DNA of 64,000 nucleotides. Source: Chiloscyllium plagiosum. Its lineage: Eukaryota. Location of the stretch: the NCBI RefSeq assembly GCF_004010195.1, contig NC_057758.1, positions 8,765,918 through 8,829,917 of the forward strand. The letters run 5' to 3'. Each line of letters starts with the position of its first letter. Position 1 is the first letter of the stretch. A model generated the notes under the pieces. That model was not told the DNA's origin and did no database searches. It was given only the letters and a program-made list of their open reading frames with translations. Below, in pieces: positions 35,051 to 47,619 of the stretch. The position numbers were made by a program, and so were the translations under genes.

Positions 35051-36756
35051 CAAATAAATTGTTATTTTTTATTAATTAGTGGGATTTAGGAGTTCTCTGT
35101 CACCCACGTTTTAACAACCTTTGATGTGAGGTGAGCTTTTCTGGGTGTGTGGTTTGAATTAACAGAGGAGTTCGATATTGATGTCAAAGCAGTTTTCTGC
35201 CTTGCCGTATGAGATTTGGACAGACTTGAACAGATTTGGGGTACAAAAGATCGCAGCAGATTCCAACACGTGGCAATTAGTGACCTAGATCTTCAAATAA
35301 AACCGGTGGGAAAATGTAGTTAATTTTGTTAACATGTAGTTGGTTAAATTAAAAGTGAGAGAAATGGCTTTTAATATTACTAAACAGGTTCCCAAATTGG
35401 CCAAGGAAGTTTACAAAGACAGAAGAAGGAATATTTTTAGAATTAGCAAATAGGTTGGAATTGGTTTTAACTAGGGATAAAAGGAAAGCAGAAATTGTAA
35501 TGGAGATGGTCAAGCACTTTAGTGTGTCAGAGAAACAAGCAACTGCAGTAGAGTTAGAAAAACTTAAATTGCAAATATGGCAACTGGAGTTAGAAGATGA
35601 GAAAAGGGACGGAAACAGAGAGAACAAAGATAAAGGGAAAGAGAGGAAAAAGAGAGAGAACATTTGAAATTCAGAAGTTGGGAATTAGGCAAGAAAGTTA
35701 AATTAACAGGAGAGACATGAAGGGAGAACGTCGGGATGTATACAGCTATGTTAATACATTGCCATATTTCGGTGAGAAAAATGTCAAAATCTGTTTTTAT
35801 TTCATTTGAAAAAAAAAAGGCTCAGCAGATGCCGTGTCCAATGAACTTGTGGGTAATGCTCGTTCAGACAAAGCTGGTGGGGACAGCTAGTGAGGTATGT
35901 GCAGCGCTGTCAGATGAAGGGTCAAGACATTATGCAGATGTCAAACGGTCTATTTTGAGTGTTTATGCAAAGGTACTAGAAGAATATAGACAGAGGTTCC
36001 AAAATATCGAGACGAAACCAGGTCAGATTATGTTGCATTTGAAAGAATTAACCACAGTCACTTTGATAGATGGGTGCTGACCTTAAACATGGATAAGCCC
36101 TGTGAGCCTCGAAGGGAGATTATTCGGCTGGAGGAGTTTAAGGACTCACTTCCAGAGAGGGTAAGAATTCATGAGAATGAACAGAAAGTTCAAGAAGTGA
36201 GAAGCGCGGCAGAAATGGCAGGTAAATATGTCTTGGTGCATGAGATGAAATTTAGCTTCTGGGAGGATTTTCATGCGGTGAGGGATAGAAATTGGGAGAA
36301 GGTGAGATCCTACACCACAAAGGGAACAATAGAGCACGCTGACAATACCTTAGCACACGTGAAAAAAGAAGCCCAAGGAGGTTGAAAAGAGGAGAAAGGC
36401 CTCAGGTTCTCACTATAATTGAGTGGAACACATAAAATTACAGTGCTATAGTTTAAGAAGGGCACTGGGAAACAGGTGTTTTCAGTGCAGTAAGCTGGAA
36501 CACACAGTGCTGGGCATTGAAGGGAGACACTTTGGGAAAATATGTGGGAAAAGAGGCTGCACCAGTGGCATTAGTGAAGCTCGTAAAGGAGACTCCAAAT
36601 GGAGCCGAGGAGCTGCAGGAAAGTGAACAGCCGAGGCAAGGGCTAAGTATGGAGTTAGTACCTGATCTCTGTAAAAAAATTGCCTCTGTGGATAAACTTT
36701 ACTCAGAAAGGGCGGGGGGTAAAGGGGAAGGACAAGAAATTAAAATTTTGTGAGAT

Positions 36757-39700
36757 GCGAGATATGCTCCGTCTCTAATAGTTGAGAAGTTAGGCGCCGG
36801 GAAAGCACAACAGATCAGCCAGCATCTGAAGAGCAAAACAATCGACATATCAGGCATAAACCCATCGTCAGGAATGTGGCGGGGTGACAAGGGGGCTGAA
36901 AGATAAATAGGAGGGTAGGAGCTGAGCTGGCGGTAGGGTCACTGGGAGGGCGAGAGGAAGATGTAGGTGGGAGTGATAGTGATATGTCGGAGGGGATGGT
37001 GGAGTGGGTAGGTGGGAAGGAAGATGGACAATTAAGACAGTTCAAGAGGGCGGTGCTAATTTGTACGGTTGGATCTGGGGTGAGGTTGGGGAGGGGAGAT
37101 TTGGAAATTGGTGAAGTCGTATAGTTTGAGGGGTCCAGGTGTCCTACCACCTATCCACTTCACACTCCTCTCGGACATATCACCACCACACCCTACCTGC
37201 ATATACCTATCACTTTCCAAGCTACCTTCCACTCAGCTCCAACCCCACCCTCCTATTTATTTCTTAGCCCCTTTCCCCCTCCCTTACCCCCCCCCACCTT
37301 CCTGATGAAGGACTTGTGCCTGAAACGTCAACTCTCCTGCCTCCCGGACACTGCCTGACCTGCTGTGCTTTTCCAGCTCCACCATTTGCTACTCAGATCC
37401 CCAGCATCTGCAGTCCTCACTGTCTCTCAGCCTCGAATAGTAAGAGATGCAAGTATTTTCACTCTTTCTGACATGTTTCTCAACAGCGTGATAATTTGTG
37501 GAATGGGGACAGAAATTAAGGTTGGGGGACAGAAACATCAAGTTGGAGCACCAAATCAAGATTGGGGAAGTAAAGGTGAGAGTCAGTGACAGAGTGTCGG
37601 TTCCAGGAATCCATTTATTATTGGGAACAGTTTAGCAGGATTCAAGGTGAGAGAGACACCCCTTGTGGTGGAGAAGTCAAATGAAAACTAGGGATCTGAG
37701 TAGTTTTAAGAAATATACCCAGGAATTTTTACGCACAGTGTGCTAACAAGATCCCACCGTCATAAGTTACAGCGGAAAGGAAAAACAAAAGAAAAAGACA
37801 AAGGAGTTGATGTTCAGTTAACTGAAACCCTGTTTGATGTAATGGTGCAGGAAAATACCTGAACGTGGAGAGAAACGGTAGGTTAGTTCAGAAGTGAAAT
37901 GGGCTGAAGTGCATTAGATCGTGTTACCGGTCGCATACTGTATTATGGATAGCACACAAATTAACTACAGGTGGTCACCTAAGTGTACGGAAGAATCATG
38001 CAAAGGGACAGAAGCATTTCTAGTGCCCTGGAATGCACAAGGACGAGGTTAATTTGTTTTGGACATGTCATACATTCCAATTGGGAGGGAAGTCACAGGC
38101 AGTAATAAAACTGGCACATTTGTTGCCAATTCCTGCATTCGAAGAACCTTTCACGTGGGTTATGATTAATTGTGTAGCTCCCCTTTCGAAAATAAATGTG
38201 GAAACCGACATTTGCTGACCATAATGGATGTGTCTCCCAGATTTCCAGAGGCAATTCCATTGCGGAGTGTTAAGGCAAAACGTGAGGTGGAGGGGTTAGT
38301 AGCTTTCTTTTCTCACTGTTGCCTGCCCAAAGAGATTCAGTCAGAACAAGGCTGTCATTTTACAACTCAGCTGTTTAAGGAAGTCATGGATAGCGTAGGC
38401 AATCAATTGCGCGCCATCCTGAATCCCAGGGAGCATTGAAAAGATAGCATCAGACACTGAAGACCTTGTTAACAGTGTACTGTCAGGATTGGCCAAATGG
38501 TTGGGATAAAGGTATCCCATTAAATTGCTTATTATCGAGGATGCCCCAAATAAATCTACTGCATTTACTTGCTTTGAGTTAATACTCGTACATGAAGTGA
38601 GAGGTGCTTTGAAATTTATTAAATATAAATTGACAGGACCGAAGTCGGAGCTCTCACACTTGGATATGTATGTGAGATGAGGGAGAGATTAAATGGAATA
38701 GGTGACTTAGCTCAACAGAACTTGAAGTGGGCACGGCATAGAGTAAAGGGGATGATGTATTAGTATTGACAGCAGTGGTAGGAAATCCCTTCAAAGCCAG
38801 GTTTTTTGGCCCCTTTCAAATGAAAGAAAAAGTGAAGTCAATTAAATTATGAGCTGAAGATACCAGATCTGACAAAAACATTATTGAGTATGTCATGTGA
38901 ATGAATAATGCTCCAGCCACATTTAAGACTCAGNNNNNNNNNNNNNNNNNNNNNNNNNNNNNNNNNNNNNNNNNNNNNNNNNNNNNNNNNNNNNNNNNNN
39001 ACGAGATATGCTCCGTCTCTAATAGTTGAGAAGTTAGGCGCCGGGAAAGCACAACAGATCAGCCAGCATCTGAAGAGCAGAACAATCGACATATCAGGCA
39101 TAAACCCATCGTCAGGAATGTGGCGGGGTGACAAGGGGGCTGAAAGATAAATAGGAGGGTAGGAGCTGAGCTGGCGGTAGGGTCACTGGGAGGGCGAGAG
39201 GAAGATGTAGGTGGGAGTGATAGTGATATGTCGGAGGGGATGGTGGAGTGGGTAGGTGGGAAGGAAGATGGACAATTAAGACAGTTCAAGAGGGCGGTGC
39301 TAATTTGTACGGTTGGATCTGGGGTGAGGTTGGGGAGGGGAGATTTGGAAATTGGTGAAGTCGAATAGTTTGAGGGGTCCAGGTGTCCTACCACCTGTCC
39401 ACTTCACACTCCTCTCCGACATATCACCACCATACCCTACCTGCAAATACCTATCACTTTCCAAGCTACCTTCCACCCATCTCCAACCCCACCCTCCTAT
39501 TTATTTCTCAGCCCCCTTCCCCCTCCCTTACCCCTCCCCCCACCTTCCTGATGAAGGACTTGTGCCTGAAACGTCAACTCCCCTGCCTCCGGACACTGCC
39601 TGACCTGCTGTGCTTTTCCAGCTCCACAATTGTCAACTAGATCCCCAGCATCTGCAGTCCTCACTTTCTCTCAGCCCCTAATAGTAAGAGATGCAAGTAT

Positions 39701-41171
39701 TTTCACTCTTTCTGACATGTTTCTCAACAGCGTGATAATTTGTGGAATGGGGACAGAAATTAAGGTTGGGGGACAGAAACATCAGGTTGGAGTACCAAAT
39801 CAAAATTGGGGAAGTAAAGGTGAGAGTCAGTGACAGGGTGTCGGTTCCAGGAATCCATTTATTATTGGGAACAGTTTAGCAGGATTCAAGGTGGGAGAGA
39901 CACCTCTTGTGGTGGAGATGTCAAATGAAAACTAGGGATCTGAGTAGTTAAAAGAAATATACCCAGGATTTTTTATGCACAGTGTGCTAACAAGATCCCA
40001 CCGTCATAAGTTACAGCAGAAAGGAAAAAGAAAAGAAAAAGACAAAGGAGTTGATGTTCAGTTAACTGACACCCTGTTTGATGTAATGGTGCAGGAAAAT
40101 ACCTGAACGTGAGAGAAACGGTAGGTTAGTTCAGAAGGGAAATGGGCTGAAGTGCATTAGATCGTGTTACCGGTCGCATACTGTATTATGGATAGCACAC
40201 AAATTAACTGCAGGTGGTCACCTAAGTGTACGGAAGAATCATGCAAAGGGACAGAAGCATTTCTAGTTCCATAGAATGCACAAGGACGAGGTTAATTTTT
40301 TTTGTACATGTCATACATTCCAATTGGGAGGGAAGTCACAGGCAGTAATAAAACCAGCACCTTTGTTGCCAATTCCTGCATTCGAAGAACCTTTCACGTG
40401 GGTTATGATTAATTATGTAGCTTCCCTTTCGAAAATAAATGTGGAAACCGATATTTGCTGATCATAATGGATGTGCCTCCCAGATTTCCAAAGGCAATTC
40501 CATTGTGGAGTGTCAGGGCAAAACGTGAGGTGGAGGGGTTGGTAGCTTTCTTTTCTCGCTGTTGCCTACCCAGAGAGATTCAGTCAGATCAAGGCTGTCA
40601 TTTTACCACTCAGCTGTTTAAGGAAGTCATGGATAGCGTAGCGCGCCATCCTGAATCCCAGGGGGCATTGAAAAGATGGCATCAGACACTGAAAACCATG
40701 TTAACAGTGTACTGTCAGGATTGGCCAAATGGTTGGGATAAAGGTCTCCCATTAAATTGCTTATCATCGAGGATGCCCCAAATAAATCTCCTGCATTTAC
40801 TTCCTTTGAGTTAATAGTCGTACATGAAGTGAGAGGTACTTTGAAATTTATTAAATATGAATTGACAGGACCAAAGTCGGAGCTCTCACACTTGGATATG
40901 TATGTGAGATGAGGGAGAGATTAAATGGAGTAGGTGAGTTAGCTCAACAGAACCTGAAGTGGGCACGGCATTGAGTCAAGCAGGTCGGGATGATGTAATG
41001 GTACTGACAGCAGTGGTAGGAAATCCCTTCAAGGCCAGGTTTTTTGGCCCCTTTCAAATGAAAGAAAAAGTTAAGTCAATTAAACTATGCGGTAAAGATA
41101 CCAGATCTGACAAAAACGTTATTGAGTATGTCATGTGAATGAATAATGCTCCAGCTACATTTAAGACTCAG
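36757..41171. repeat. ~2.2 kb direct duplication (36757-38933 and 39001-41171) flanking a 67-N gap
   Basis: Both copies run from cgagatatgctccgtctct to catttaagactcag, with numerous substitutions and indels. Confidence 0.95.
36781..37435. mobile_element. Inverted Penelope terminal pair inserted in the Gypsy protease (second copy ~39025-39680)
   Basis: G-rich minus arm (36790-37130) is followed by a C-rich plus arm with ctgatgaaggacttgtgcctgaaacgtc. Gypsy sequence resumes at aatagtaagagatg. Confidence 0.85.
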
Positions 41172-41221
41172 GAACAAAGTTGCGGCCAAATGAATAAATT
41201 TTGCAGGTTATCTGGATAGGT

Positions 41222-41607
41222 ACGAGGATACGAGGATAGGTTGAGAGTGCTAGGCCTTTTCTCGTTGGAACGGCGAAGGATGAGGGGTGACTTGATAGAG
41301 GCTTATAAGATGATCAGAGGAATAGATGGAGTAGACAGTCAGAAACTTTTTCCCCGGGTACAACAGGGTGTTACAAGTGGACATAAATTTAAGGTGAAGG
41401 GTGGAAGGTATAGGGGAGATGTCAGGGGTGGGTTCTTTACCCAGAGAGTGGTGGGGGCATGGAATGCGCTGTGGGAGTGATAGAGTCAGAATCTTTGGTG
41501 ACCTCTCAGCGGCAATTGGACAGGTACATGGATGGGTGCTTAAGCTAGGACAAATGTTCGGCACAACATCGAAGGGCCTGTTCTGTGCTGTATTGTTCTA
41601 TGTTCAA
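41222..41607 (+). mobile_element. Relatively young CR1 3' fragment inserted in the Gypsy pol
   Basis: LGLFSLERRRMRGDLIEAYKMIRGID...FFTQRVVGAWNAL, with tail ctgtattgttctatgttc. Confidence 0.92.
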
Positions 41608-43719
41608 TCTGTATGATGTAGTGATGTTTAGCAAGTGATAGAAAGTTCCCATGTTACAGCTGGCAGAGCATGTTGAACGATTACAAGAAGCAAACTTGGT
41701 AAAAATCGTAAAGAAAACAGAATTCGCTAAGGCAGAGGCAATGTTCTTGGGACATTACATTGGACAGGGGAGGTTGACTCCCATGGAACAGAAAGATGAA
41801 GGGCTTGAGGAATGTTCACGACCATCCTAGAAGCAGGAGGCGCTTCAGTTTTTCGAACTGAGTGGATTCTATCGGAAGTTTGTTCCAAACCTCAGCAGCG
41901 TATTGGCACCATTACTGGATTTACTAAAGCAAAGCACAGAATTGTTGTGGACAGAACAATGCCAGGAGGCATTTGAGAATTTTAAAGCTGGTTTAATCAC
42001 TGCACCAGGTTTATCTGCACAAAATATTTTGAAACCCTTTGAAAATTGTGTCTGATGCTAAGGATATCGGGGTCGGAAACGTATTGATGCAGAAAGATAA
42101 TGATGAAATTGACTGGCCAATTGTCTACTTGTCGAAAAATATCAATATCTACCGGAAATAAATACAACATCTCCATTATCGGAAAAGAATGATTGAGTTT
42201 CGTACTTGCACTGACGGTATTTTAAAGTTTACGTGACAAACAAGTTGNNNNNNNNNNNNNNNNNNNNNNNNNNNNNNNNNNNNNNNNNNNNNNNNNNNNN
42301 NNNNNNNNNNNNNNNNNNNNNNNNNNNNNNNNNNNNNNNNNNNNNNNNNNNNNNNNNNNNNNNNNNNNNNNNNNNNNNNNNNNNNNNNNNNNNNNNNNNN
42401 NNNNNNNNNNNNNNNNNNNNNNNNNNNNNNNNNNNNNNNNNNNNNNNNNNNNNNNNNNNNNNNNNNNNNNNNNNNNNNNNNNNNNNNNNNNNNNNNNNNN
42501 NNNNNNNNNNNNNNNNNNNNNNNNNNNNNNNNNNNNNNNNNNNNNNNNNNNNNNNNNNNNNNNNNNNNNNNNNNNNNNNNNNNNNNNNNNNNNNNNNNNN
42601 NNNNNNNNNNNNNNNNNNNNNNNNNNNNNNNNNNNNNNNNNNNNNNNNNNNNNNNNNNNNNNNNNNNNNNNNNNNNNNNNNNNNNNNNNNNNNNNNNNNN
42701 NNNNNNNNNNNNNNNNNNNNNNNNNNNNNNNNNNNNNNNNNNNNNNNATCTTTATTCATACTTCTGTGACCATGTAATTGGGAGAGGCGAGAAATCTCCT
42801 CAAATCTGGTCTTGACGTGGGATGCACTTTCCATCTTAAATGAATCAGATCCCTGGTCAATATGACAATGAGCTCTGACAGAAAATTATAGCATTTTCAC
42901 ACCTTCTGTATTAAAGTAATTACATGCTAAATTCATGTCATTTGTATTCGCATCTCCAAAAGCAATACTGTTTCAGCAAAGCATGCTGGAAATTTTGACA
43001 AAATTTGTAAAGAATGCTGGGAAAGCTGAGTAATGATTGCTAAAAGAGCAGCAGAACTTTGCGGGCAAGACGAGATACACTTCTGACCGTTAAAGCAGGA
43101 AAGGCTCGATAAACGTCCGAACCTTATTGCAGTAGCAGGCGAGATAAGCTTTTGGAAGTTACCAAGAAAAAAAAACGCGCTGAACTAATATTGGTTCTTA
43201 CTATATCAAAAGACAGCACCTTCTTGGCTCATCGGATTTATATCTACATATCCATTACTAGGGAAATGAAAACACGGTACGGATGATCGCTGTAACATTT
43301 AACTACTGTGAAACTATTCTGAACCCCGTTGTGGTCGCATGCTCTTACCAAAAGCTTTCAAACAAACTGCGTCTGCTTTACTGGTAAACTCATATTTTGT
43401 ATTGATCTACAACGCATGCATTTGAATAAGCATGAAATCAGTGATGGAAAATTCTTTGGAAATCCTTAGTTCCTTCCATAATCTGATAACTACTAGATAC
43501 CTGTATGATATGGCTTTGTAATCTTAAAATGTCTATGACAGTTGTATTCTTTCCAAGATGTTTGCCAGCTGCAACATACCATTTACCAATAACTTAAATA
43601 CTTGCTTTTCGCAGAGAACTAATTCAAATTCTGCACTAACGTTAGTATGTTCCATTAGGAAAAATATTAATTGAAACCAGTTGTTCAGAAGATTACACCA
43701 GAGTACATCGGGATCGCGA

Positions 43720-44540
43720 TCAGGTTTCCTAATTGACTGGGAAGTGGCAATTGGAGTTTAGTTTTGATAAATGTGAGGTGCTGCGTTTTTAAACGCCAAG
43801 TCGTGCAAGAAAATATACATTAATTGCTAGGTCATTAGGGTTGCTGCTGAAAAGAACATCTCAGTATGCAGGCTTATAAATCGTTGAAAGTGGACTCGCA
43901 AATTGATAGGATTGTGAAGAAATTGCTTGACAGGCTTTACATTATTTTTCAGAGTGTCAAGGACAGGAGTTGGAAAGTCATGGTCCATCTGTAGAAGACA
44001 ATGGTTCGGACAGGTTTCGAACATTGCGTGCATTTCTGATCTCGCTCCTACTGTAAGAATGTTGTGAAACCTGAAGCGTTAAGTGAAAATTTACAGGTGT
44101 TTTGCCAGGATTGCAGTGTTTGAGCTACATGCAGAGACCAGATAAGCGGGTGCTGATTTCACTGGAGCTTTGGAAGCTGAGGGGAGATTTATAGAGTTTC
44201 AATAATCATGAGGAACATTGATAGGGTAAATAGTTAAGGCATTTTCCCTGGTCTGGGGGAGTTCAGAACAACAGGATATACATGAACTGTGAGAAGGTAA
44301 ATATTTAAAAGGGGCCTTGAAGGTCTGCTTTTTTAGGGGGAGTGCTTGTATGCAACGAGTTGCATGAGGAAGTGCTGTCGGCTGGCGCAATTCAAACATT
44401 TAAAAGACAGCTGGATGCACGTTTGGATAGAAAGGGATAACATAGATATAGCCCAAGTGCTGGCAAATGTGACGGGGTTAGTTTAGGATATTTGGACGGC
44501 ATGGACGATTTGGACGATTTCCATTCTGTACTTCTCAATT
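43720..44540 (+). mobile_element. CR1 3' fragment (its 3' part is duplicated at 52905-53440)
   Basis: gataaatgtgaggtgctgcgtttt...gaagctgaggggagatttatagagtttc...tggcaaatg. Confidence 0.8.
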
Positions 44541-44635
44541 AGCTGAAAATGTGTTGCTGGAAAAGCGCAGCCGGTCAGGCAGCATCCGAGCAGCTGGAGA
44601 ATCGACGTTTCGGGCATGAACCCTTCTTCAGGGCA
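44540..44635 (-). mobile_element. Penelope pseudo-LTR fragment with hammerhead motif (44604-44631; copy 53506-53533)
   Basis: Minus strand ctgaaga-a-gggt-tcat-gccc-gaaacgtc. Confidence 0.8.
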
Positions 44636-44949
44636 TCTCAATTACTCTATAATGTCATTAAAATCAATCTTAATACGAAATTACTGTGGCACAGTTGTCA
44701 CATTAAGAACAACCCTTCTGTCACTTCAACCTGAGAGATCAATCACCAGTCCTACTGATATATGAATGATACAAATCTGCTCGATTTCCACTGATAAGAT
44801 TGAAATTCATTCATTTTACCTTTATCAAAACATTAAATGAAAATTGTTTCGATTTCACAACATCAGCATTCCATATTTTGTGATCTCTCATTGTCACTCT
44901 TTCCTTGATTTGTTCACTTTGTCAATTACCTGCATATGCACTTAAATAT

Positions 44950-45785
44950 AAGACCGTTCCCACCGTGACTACATGGTCAGGTCCACGCCCCCTACAACCC
45001 ACCCTCCCATCCTGGCACCTTCCCCTGTTACCGCAGGAATTGCAAAACCTGCTCCCACACCTACTCCCTCACCTCCATCCAAGGCCCTAAAGGAGTCTTC
45101 CACATCCATCAAAGTTTTACCTGCCTATCCACTAATATCGTTTATTGTATCCGTTGCTCCCGATGTGGTCTCCTCTACATTGGGGAGACTGGACGCTCCC
45201 TAGCAGTGAGCTTTAGGTAACATCACTGGGAGACTCGCACCAATAAACCACACCACCCTGTGACCAAACATTTCAACTCCCCCTCCCACTCTGCCGAGGA
45301 CATGGAGGTCCTGGGCCTCCTTCACCGCCGCTCCCTCACCACCAGACGCCTGGAGGAAGAATGCCTCATCTTCCGCCTCGGAACACTTCAACCCCAGGGC
45401 ATCAATGTGGACTTCAACAGTTTCCTCATTTCCCCTTCCTCCACCTCACCCCAGTTCCAAACTTCCAGCTCAGCACTGTCCCCATGACTTGTCCTGCCTG
45501 CCTATCTCCTTTTCCACCTATCCACTCTACCCTCCCCCCGGCCTATGACATTCATCCCCTCCCCCACTCACCTATTGCATTCTATGCTCCCTTCTCCCCA
45601 CCCCCATCCTCCTCACACTTACCTCTCCATACTTCAGGCTCTCTTCCTGTATTTCTGATCAAGGGTTTTTTGCCCGTAACGTCGATTTTACTGCTCCTCG
45701 GATGCTACCTGAACTGCTGTGCTCTTCCAGCACCACTAATCCAGAATCTGGTTTCCAGCATCTGCAGTTCATTGTTTTTACCTAC
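44950..45785 (+). mobile_element. Penelope-like (Neptune-type) GIY-YIG 3' fragment (copy ~53860-54690)
   Basis: GTFPCYRRNCKTC Cys linker, YCIRCSRCGLLYIGETGR, TKHFNSPSHS, EECLIFRLGTLQPQGINVDFNSF. Confidence 0.92.
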
Positions 45786-47619
45786 CAAAAATTTACTGTC
45801 TCAGGTGTGACCACATCTGTTTACAATTTGTCCAATCTGTCATTTTTTTAGCGTGGTCGTGTCACAATATTTATTACTTTATCTTCTCTCAGAATGCATT
45901 GGCAATTTGTATTGCCGAGGACCATTTGCTCAAGAGCCACAATTAATGTATCACATTAATATTTTCGTTGATTTGAAATCGAGGAAATGGTTTAAATATT
46001 AACATTTTTCAAAGAAATATTTGGAGGGTTCGGGAATATGTCAGGCAGCGAACGGTCAGATTGGGACAAATTTAGTTTTATTTTGAAATGACAAAGTTTT
46101 CAATTCATCAAAATGCATCAGTATTCCGATTTCTGAAGTATCTGCAGATTAGCAAGAGGTGATAATCAATGGTCGGGTTGATTCTGTTTTTCGAGATGGT
46201 AAACACATCAAAGACTCGAAGGTTCAAGGATGCACTTGGGGAATTGGGGTACAGTCGGGTATTTGGCAAGTCTACTGTGGAGTCACTTGTTCTTTGTTTT
46301 AATTTGTGTTGAAACTGAAAACGTTCAAAAGTGGTATATCTATTTAATGCTCTATTGCCAACTCTCATCGTAGCTTTCACAGAACGCGCTTCAATCTCCA
46401 ATACTAGACCAGAATTAGTGATATTCGTCGACGTTGCTGAGCAATAGAAAATGTTCCAGTCAGAGTTCAAGCTTTGCAGGACATTTCTTGTGAATTCGCA
46501 AAATTAAGAAAGCGTACCTTTCTAAATATTCCCGCTGACGTGAAGCAAATAATATTTGCACAATGTTACTAAATCAAGAATTTCATGACATCAGTTAATG
46601 CCCCCAACCCTCCCATCCCGACGAAAATTCAAATTGTTCTGTTGGTGACGCGTTTTGATTCAAATAGCTTGAATTATGCAGGTATATTTCATTTAAAAAC
46701 AAATTCTCCATTACTCATTCTGAAGCATGCATGGCATTGTTCTTTACGGAAATGGACTAATTGCTGCATATAAAATCGGTTGTATTGAATTGTCATTTTA
46801 ATTCCTCAGCTGGACTTACCTTATTAAATGTAATCAGCTTTGTCAGAAAGATAATGCTATATCCAATAGTCTTTCAGACTCAAATGAACAAGATTCAATT
46901 TTGCAAATTATTATTTGGCATCAAACATCGTTTCTGATCACTGAACGTCAACTGCTTTCATCTTATTCGTTGTTTTTCCTTCTGTTTCTGCATGTGGCTT
47001 TGTGCATTTGTTACCAGAGAGACAGAAAAAAAATCTCAGGATAAACTACCCGAAACTCCAAAGTTGCCTAAAATTCCTCTGACTTTTCAAACACTGAAGG
47101 AAAGAAAATCTCATCTGTTATCCAAATATACCGTTATCAAATATAATCAAAATTTTCAGAAGAGAGAATTTCTTGAAATCACCAAACACCGCTTCAAAAC
47201 ATTTTGCTGGGCTCTGCAAATACAGAATCATAATGAAACATTGCTCTCTCACCATGCTCTCTTCATATTTCAAGGTTTTCTGGAAAAAATGTCCTTGACT
47301 GAATAGCACAAAATAATCTACGGATGTCATTACGTTTGCAGCACAACAGTAGATAAGGAGCTTTGGAAGATATTTGCTTCATTTTACCTGCGCATGTTAG
47401 AACGTTTGTAGCTCTGTTAACACAAGAAAACAGAACTTAGACAGAATGAGCACTGCTGTTAATTTGCCAAAAGATATAGATAGGCACAATTCACTCTCTA
47501 CTTAATTTGTGAAACTCTCTTTAAGCATTGAATCAATCTATTATAAAACTAAATGTGAGTGCTACTTTATATCATACAATAATCAAGGAGATTCAATCTT
47601 GCACACAGGTCTTTAACTC

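Larger units (their letters stand above)
35050..42247 (+). mobile_element. Gmr1-like Gypsy LTR retrotransposon relic: gag (SCAN-like, Zn knuckle)-PR-IN-RT-RNaseH, partly duplicated
   Basis: Gag LWVMLVQTKLVG and LEEFKDSLPERVRIH; PR IKIL*DA; IN PIPAFEEPF, TIMDVSPRFPEAIPL, EIQSDQG, HPESQGALKRWHQTLK (38000-38650 and 40250-40870); RT/RH FLGHYIGQG, SDAKDIGVGNVLMQ (41610-42240). Confidence 0.9.
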
